Of a stretch of DNA of 64,000 nucleotides, positions 60,724-64,000 are shown piece after piece; position 1 is the first letter of the stretch; every line of letters starts with the position of its first letter. The notes under the pieces were generated by a model, which saw only the letters and a program-made list of their open reading frames with translations, was not told where the DNA came from and did not search any database. Where the stretch lies: assembly GCA_963753345.1 (NCBI GenBank), contig CAVWBU010000049.1, forward strand, positions 64,001-128,000, read 5' to 3'. A program made the translations under genes and the position numbers. This DNA is from an uncultured Fibrobacterota bacterium (GTDB taxonomy: Bacteria > Fibrobacterota > Chitinivibrionia > Chitinivibrionales > FEN-1185).

Positions 60724-61523
60724 TTATCGGGTTGCCTTCTTAAATCCCTTCACACTCTTCGTCATCACCTTATCATTCTCCCCTTATTCTTCAAATTCTC
60801 CTCAACAATCTTTACCAACGCGCTTCCCACAATCGCGCCATCTGCCCCGGCCGCTTTCATGTGACGAACATGATCGGGTGTTGAAATCCCGAACCCGACG
60901 TATAGTGGTTTATTCGTCACTTTTCGGAGCCTCGCAAGCGTGGTATCAACGGTCACATTGAGTTTTCTCTGCACACCTGTCGTTCCCAAACGCGAAACAA
61001 CATACACAAAGCCGGTGACGTGCTTGCATATATATTGCATGCGCTCATTGGGCGTGAGTTCCGAAACAATATATACGGTTTGCAAACCATGCTTTCTCAT
61101 TGCGGCGGAAAGCTCGGCCGATTCCTCGGGCGGCATGTCGGCGACGAGCAGGCTGTCTATGCCGCTATCGGCCGCGCGTTTGCAGAAGGTATCATAGCCA
61201 AGGTGCCGTGCCGAATTTGCGTACATCAATATTCCTATGGGGCAATCGGAATACGCGCGGATATTCCTAATGAGCCTGAAAAAAGACGCGTGCGTCAAGC
61301 CGGCATCTATGGACCGTATCGCGGCGCGCTGGTTGATCGGGCCGTCGGCAACGGGGTCGGAGAAAGGGTAGCCGATTTCAAGGATGTCCGCGCCGCTGTC
61401 GATATATGCCTTGAGAATCGACTCGCTCGTCCGAATGTCCGGGTCACCCGCAACGGTGAACGGGACAAATGCGATTTCGTTGTGCTGCTTGAGCGACTTA
61501 AAAATATTTGAATATCGGTTCAT
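60724..61523 (-). CDS. trpA: Tryptophan synthase alpha chain (frameshift near 60767)
   Basis: AGDP, EIGYPFSDPVADGP, GTTG, VGFGIS, GADGAIVGSA; continuation VMTKSVKGFKKATR* in a shifted frame. Confidence 0.95.
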
Positions 61524-61536
61524 GATATTTTCTCGC

Positions 61537-61571
61537 CGTTAACTGCCAACTGTCAACCGTCAACTGTCAAT
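61537..61571. repeat. Heptamer tandem repeat between trpB and trpA
   Basis: cgttaac tgccaac tgtcaac cgtcaac tgtcaat. Confidence 0.7.
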
Positions 61572-61577
61572 TATAGG

Positions 61578-62769
61578 TTATATCTTCTTTCCGAGGTACT
61601 CTGCCACGTGATAAATGTCCTTGTCGCCCCGTCCAGACAGGTTTATCACCATGATCTTGTTCTTCGCCATTTTCGGCGCGGCCTTGATTGCGTACGCGAA
61701 CGCATGCGCGGACTCCAGCGCCGGGATGATGCCTTCGCATTCGCACAGCATGCAAAACGCGTCCACCGATTCCCTGTCGGTCGCATAGGTATAGCGCGCG
61801 CGGTCGCTCGTATACAAATAGGAATGCTGCGGCCCCACGCCGGAGTAGTCGAGTCCTGCCGACACCGAATGCGTGGTGGCGATCTGGCCGTGAGCGTCCT
61901 GCAGCACATAGGAAAGCGATCCGTGCAGAATGCCCGGGCGCGACATTGTTGTCGGCGTGAGCCGTGTGGCGTGTTTTTTTGTGGCGAGTCCCAGACCGCC
62001 CGCCTCGACGCCGGTGAGCGACACGCGCTTGTCTTCGAGGAACGCGGAAAAAATGCCGATGGCGTTTGACCCGCCGCCCACGCACGCGACGATTTCGTCG
62101 GGCAGCCTGCCTTCTGCGGCGAGTATCTGGCGCCTTGTCTCTGAGCCGATCACGCTCTGAAAATCACGCACCATGGTCGGGAAGGGGTGCGGCCCGAGCG
62201 CCGAGCCGAACACGTAATGCGTGTACGGGCACGAAAGCGTCCAGTCGCGGAGCGCCTCGTTCACCGCGTCCTTGAGCGTCTTGTTGCCGCTTTCGACCGG
62301 GATCACCTTGGCGCCGAGAAGGTCCATGCGGAACACATTGGGCCGCTGTCGCGCCATGTCAACTGTTCCCATGTAGATATCGCATTTCAGCGAAAGCAGC
62401 GCCGCCGCCGTGGCCGTGGCCACGCCGTGCTGGCCCGCGCCGGTTTCGGCGATCACGCGGGTCTTGCCCATGTACGCGCCGAGGAGCGTCTGGCCCAGGG
62501 AGTTGGTTATCTTGTGCGCGCCGGTGTGGTTGAGGTCTTCGCGCTTGATGTAGATGCGCGCGCCGCCGAGTTTTTTGGTCAGGCTCTTTGCAAAGTAGAG
62601 CGGCGTGGGGCGGCCGCAGTAGTTCCTGAGAAGGGAATGGAATTCATTCGTGAACGCCTTGTCCCGTTTCGCGGTATTGTATGCCTTTTCGATGGCCGCA
62701 AGCGCGGGCATGAGCGTCTCGGGCGCGTACTGTCCGCCGAACGCGTCCGAAATATCCTTTTTTTTTCAT
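61578..62769 (-). CDS. trpB: Tryptophan synthase beta chain (frameshifts near the 5' end)
   Basis: MKKKGYFG start at 62769; [41 protein letters not shown]. Confidence 0.96.
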
Positions 62770-62780
62770 GAAATCGCCGG

Positions 62781-63740
62781 TTACTTGATGATTCTGAAGA
62801 ACCTGTTCGCCCTCAGGTGGACGCTGCCGGATCCGGACGGGGCGAACGACCACAGGACGCAGACCGCGCGGCCCTTGACAGATGAGGCCACGACCGGCCC
62901 GAAATACCGCGAATCAAACCCTTTTTGCCAGTCGTCGGCGAGAAGAAAAATACATGATCTGGTAAATGTGTACCCGTACATTTTCTCCCCGTTCCGGATG
63001 AGCGAAAAGGCCAGGAAGACGTCTTTTCCTGTTTGTGAATGCGACAGGTAGTCGCGCATCCTGTCCCAGAAAAACCAGTCGAACTCGTACTGCGCCGGCA
63101 CCGAATCGATCCGGCCTTTGTAAAGAGAGAAATCCCTGGTGTAAAGGGTGTCGGCGGCAGCGCCGTTGACAAACACCAACGGCCGCACCGAGAACCGTTC
63201 GCCCGGATGCTCCTGCCGGATAAGCGCGGCCGCGAAAAAAAAGTCCCGCAGCGGCAGGGAGTCGAGGGCGACCGTTGTCCCTTTCGCGGGCACTACGTAC
63301 AGCGGCATGGAATCGCGCGGCGAGTATTCCGGCGGCAGGGGCTCCTCGCCGGCCGGCAGGGAAGAGCGGGCAACTGTGCGCTTGTTAAGGATGCGGCACG
63401 AGCCCCTGCGTATTACGACGCTGTCGCCGGAAACCGCGGCGACCCGGAGGATCGAGGGCTTCCCGCCGATTACGGGATTGGCGAACACGACCGGACTTGC
63501 TCGGGAGGGGAGAAAAAGCTCCGACAGCGGCCACACCCGGAGCAGCTTGAGCACCAGCACCCGGTCGCCGTCGGCAAGCGCGGGTTCCATCTGGTCGGTG
63601 CGGACCAGCACGGTGTCGAGCACGAACAGTTTGATTGCCGCTGCGCACAGGAGGACAATGACCGCAAACTTGACAATACGGTAAGTGATAACGCGGCCGT
63701 CAAGCGGCGCCGCCCGCTTTCCGTTCACAACAGGCGCCAC
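62781..63740 (-). CDS. Signal peptidase I (S26)-like protein with degenerate catalytic residues
   Basis: Follows lepA; TM then TDQMEPALADGDRVLV, SILRVAAVSGD, DSRYFGPV...VKGRA. Confidence 0.8.
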   Translation of the reverse strand: MAPVVNGKRAAPLDGRVITYRIVKFAVIVLLCAAAIKLFVLDTVLVRTDQMEPALADGDRVLVLKLLRVWPLSELFLPSRASPVVFANPVIGGKPSILRVAAVSGDSVVIRRGSCRILNKRTVARSSLPAGEEPLPPEYSPRDSMPLYVVPAKGTTVALDSLPLRDFFFAAALIRQEHPGERFSVRPLVFVNGAAADTLYTRDFSLYKGRIDSVPAQYEFDWFFWDRMRDYLSHSQTGKDVFLAFSLIRNGEKMYGYTFTRSCIFLLADDWQKGFDSRYFGPVVASSVKGRAVCVLWSFAPSGSGSVHLRANRFFRIIK

Positions 63741-63742
63741 GG

Positions 63743-64000
63743 CTACTCCCTGCTCAATACCGCCAGGAACGCCTCCTGCGGTATTTCCACGTTGCCCACC
63801 TGCTTCATCCGCTTTTTTCCTTCCTTCTGCTTTTCAAGGAGCTTGCGCTTGCGCGTGATGTCGCCGCCGTAGCACTTTGAGGTCACGTCCTTGCGGTATG
63901 CCTTTACCGTGGTGCGCGCGATCACACGGCCCCCGATTGCCGCCTGGATCGCCACCTCGTACTGCTGGCGCGGAATGAGCTCCTTGAGCTTGGAGGTGAT
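63743..64000 (-). CDS. lepA: Elongation factor 4 (C-terminal part; runs off window end)
   Basis: [12 protein letters not shown]...[37 protein letters not shown]. Confidence 0.97.
   Translation of the reverse strand: MTSKLKELIPRQQYEVAIQAAIGGRVIARTTVKAYRKDVTSKCYGGDITRKRKLLEKQKEGKKRMKQVGNVEIPQEAFLAVLSRE

Noticed and set aside
1622-62769. Numerous frameshifts as pseudogenes or programmed frameshifting
   Set aside because: They affect about ten unrelated genes, including trpA and trpB, several at short homopolymers and without other decay; most consistent with long-read assembly errors. Read polishing would settle it.

Overview
GC-rich bacterial chromosomal window, most likely Fibrobacterota (Chitinivibrionales/Chitinispirillia-like). 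This is inferred from a TIGR02147-family gene and several secreted proteins with C-terminal sorting-type domains. Housekeeping genes include glgP, hsp20, larC, metK, radC, trxB, rpmB, trpAB and lepA. They are interleaved with secreted and surface proteins, an orphan tail-fibre-like protein, an ECF sigma/FecR pair flanked by three paralogous exported proteins, and a sigma-54 signalling cluster. Scattered aryl-polyene/flexirubin-type genes are also present. The most striking item is a two-gene operon (28550-31866): a fused E1 alpha/beta 2-oxoacid dehydrogenase followed by a lipoyl-domain-FabH fusion whose CoA-contacting residues appear altered, suggesting CoA-independent priming of fatty-acid synthesis. 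Intergenic DNA holds a nested set of structured dispersed repeats: two families with covarying stems, plus a 27-bp element inserted precisely six times into them. Many single-base frameshifts, even in trpA and trpB, point to long-read indel errors. No rRNA, tRNA, CRISPR array, transposase or integrase was recognised.
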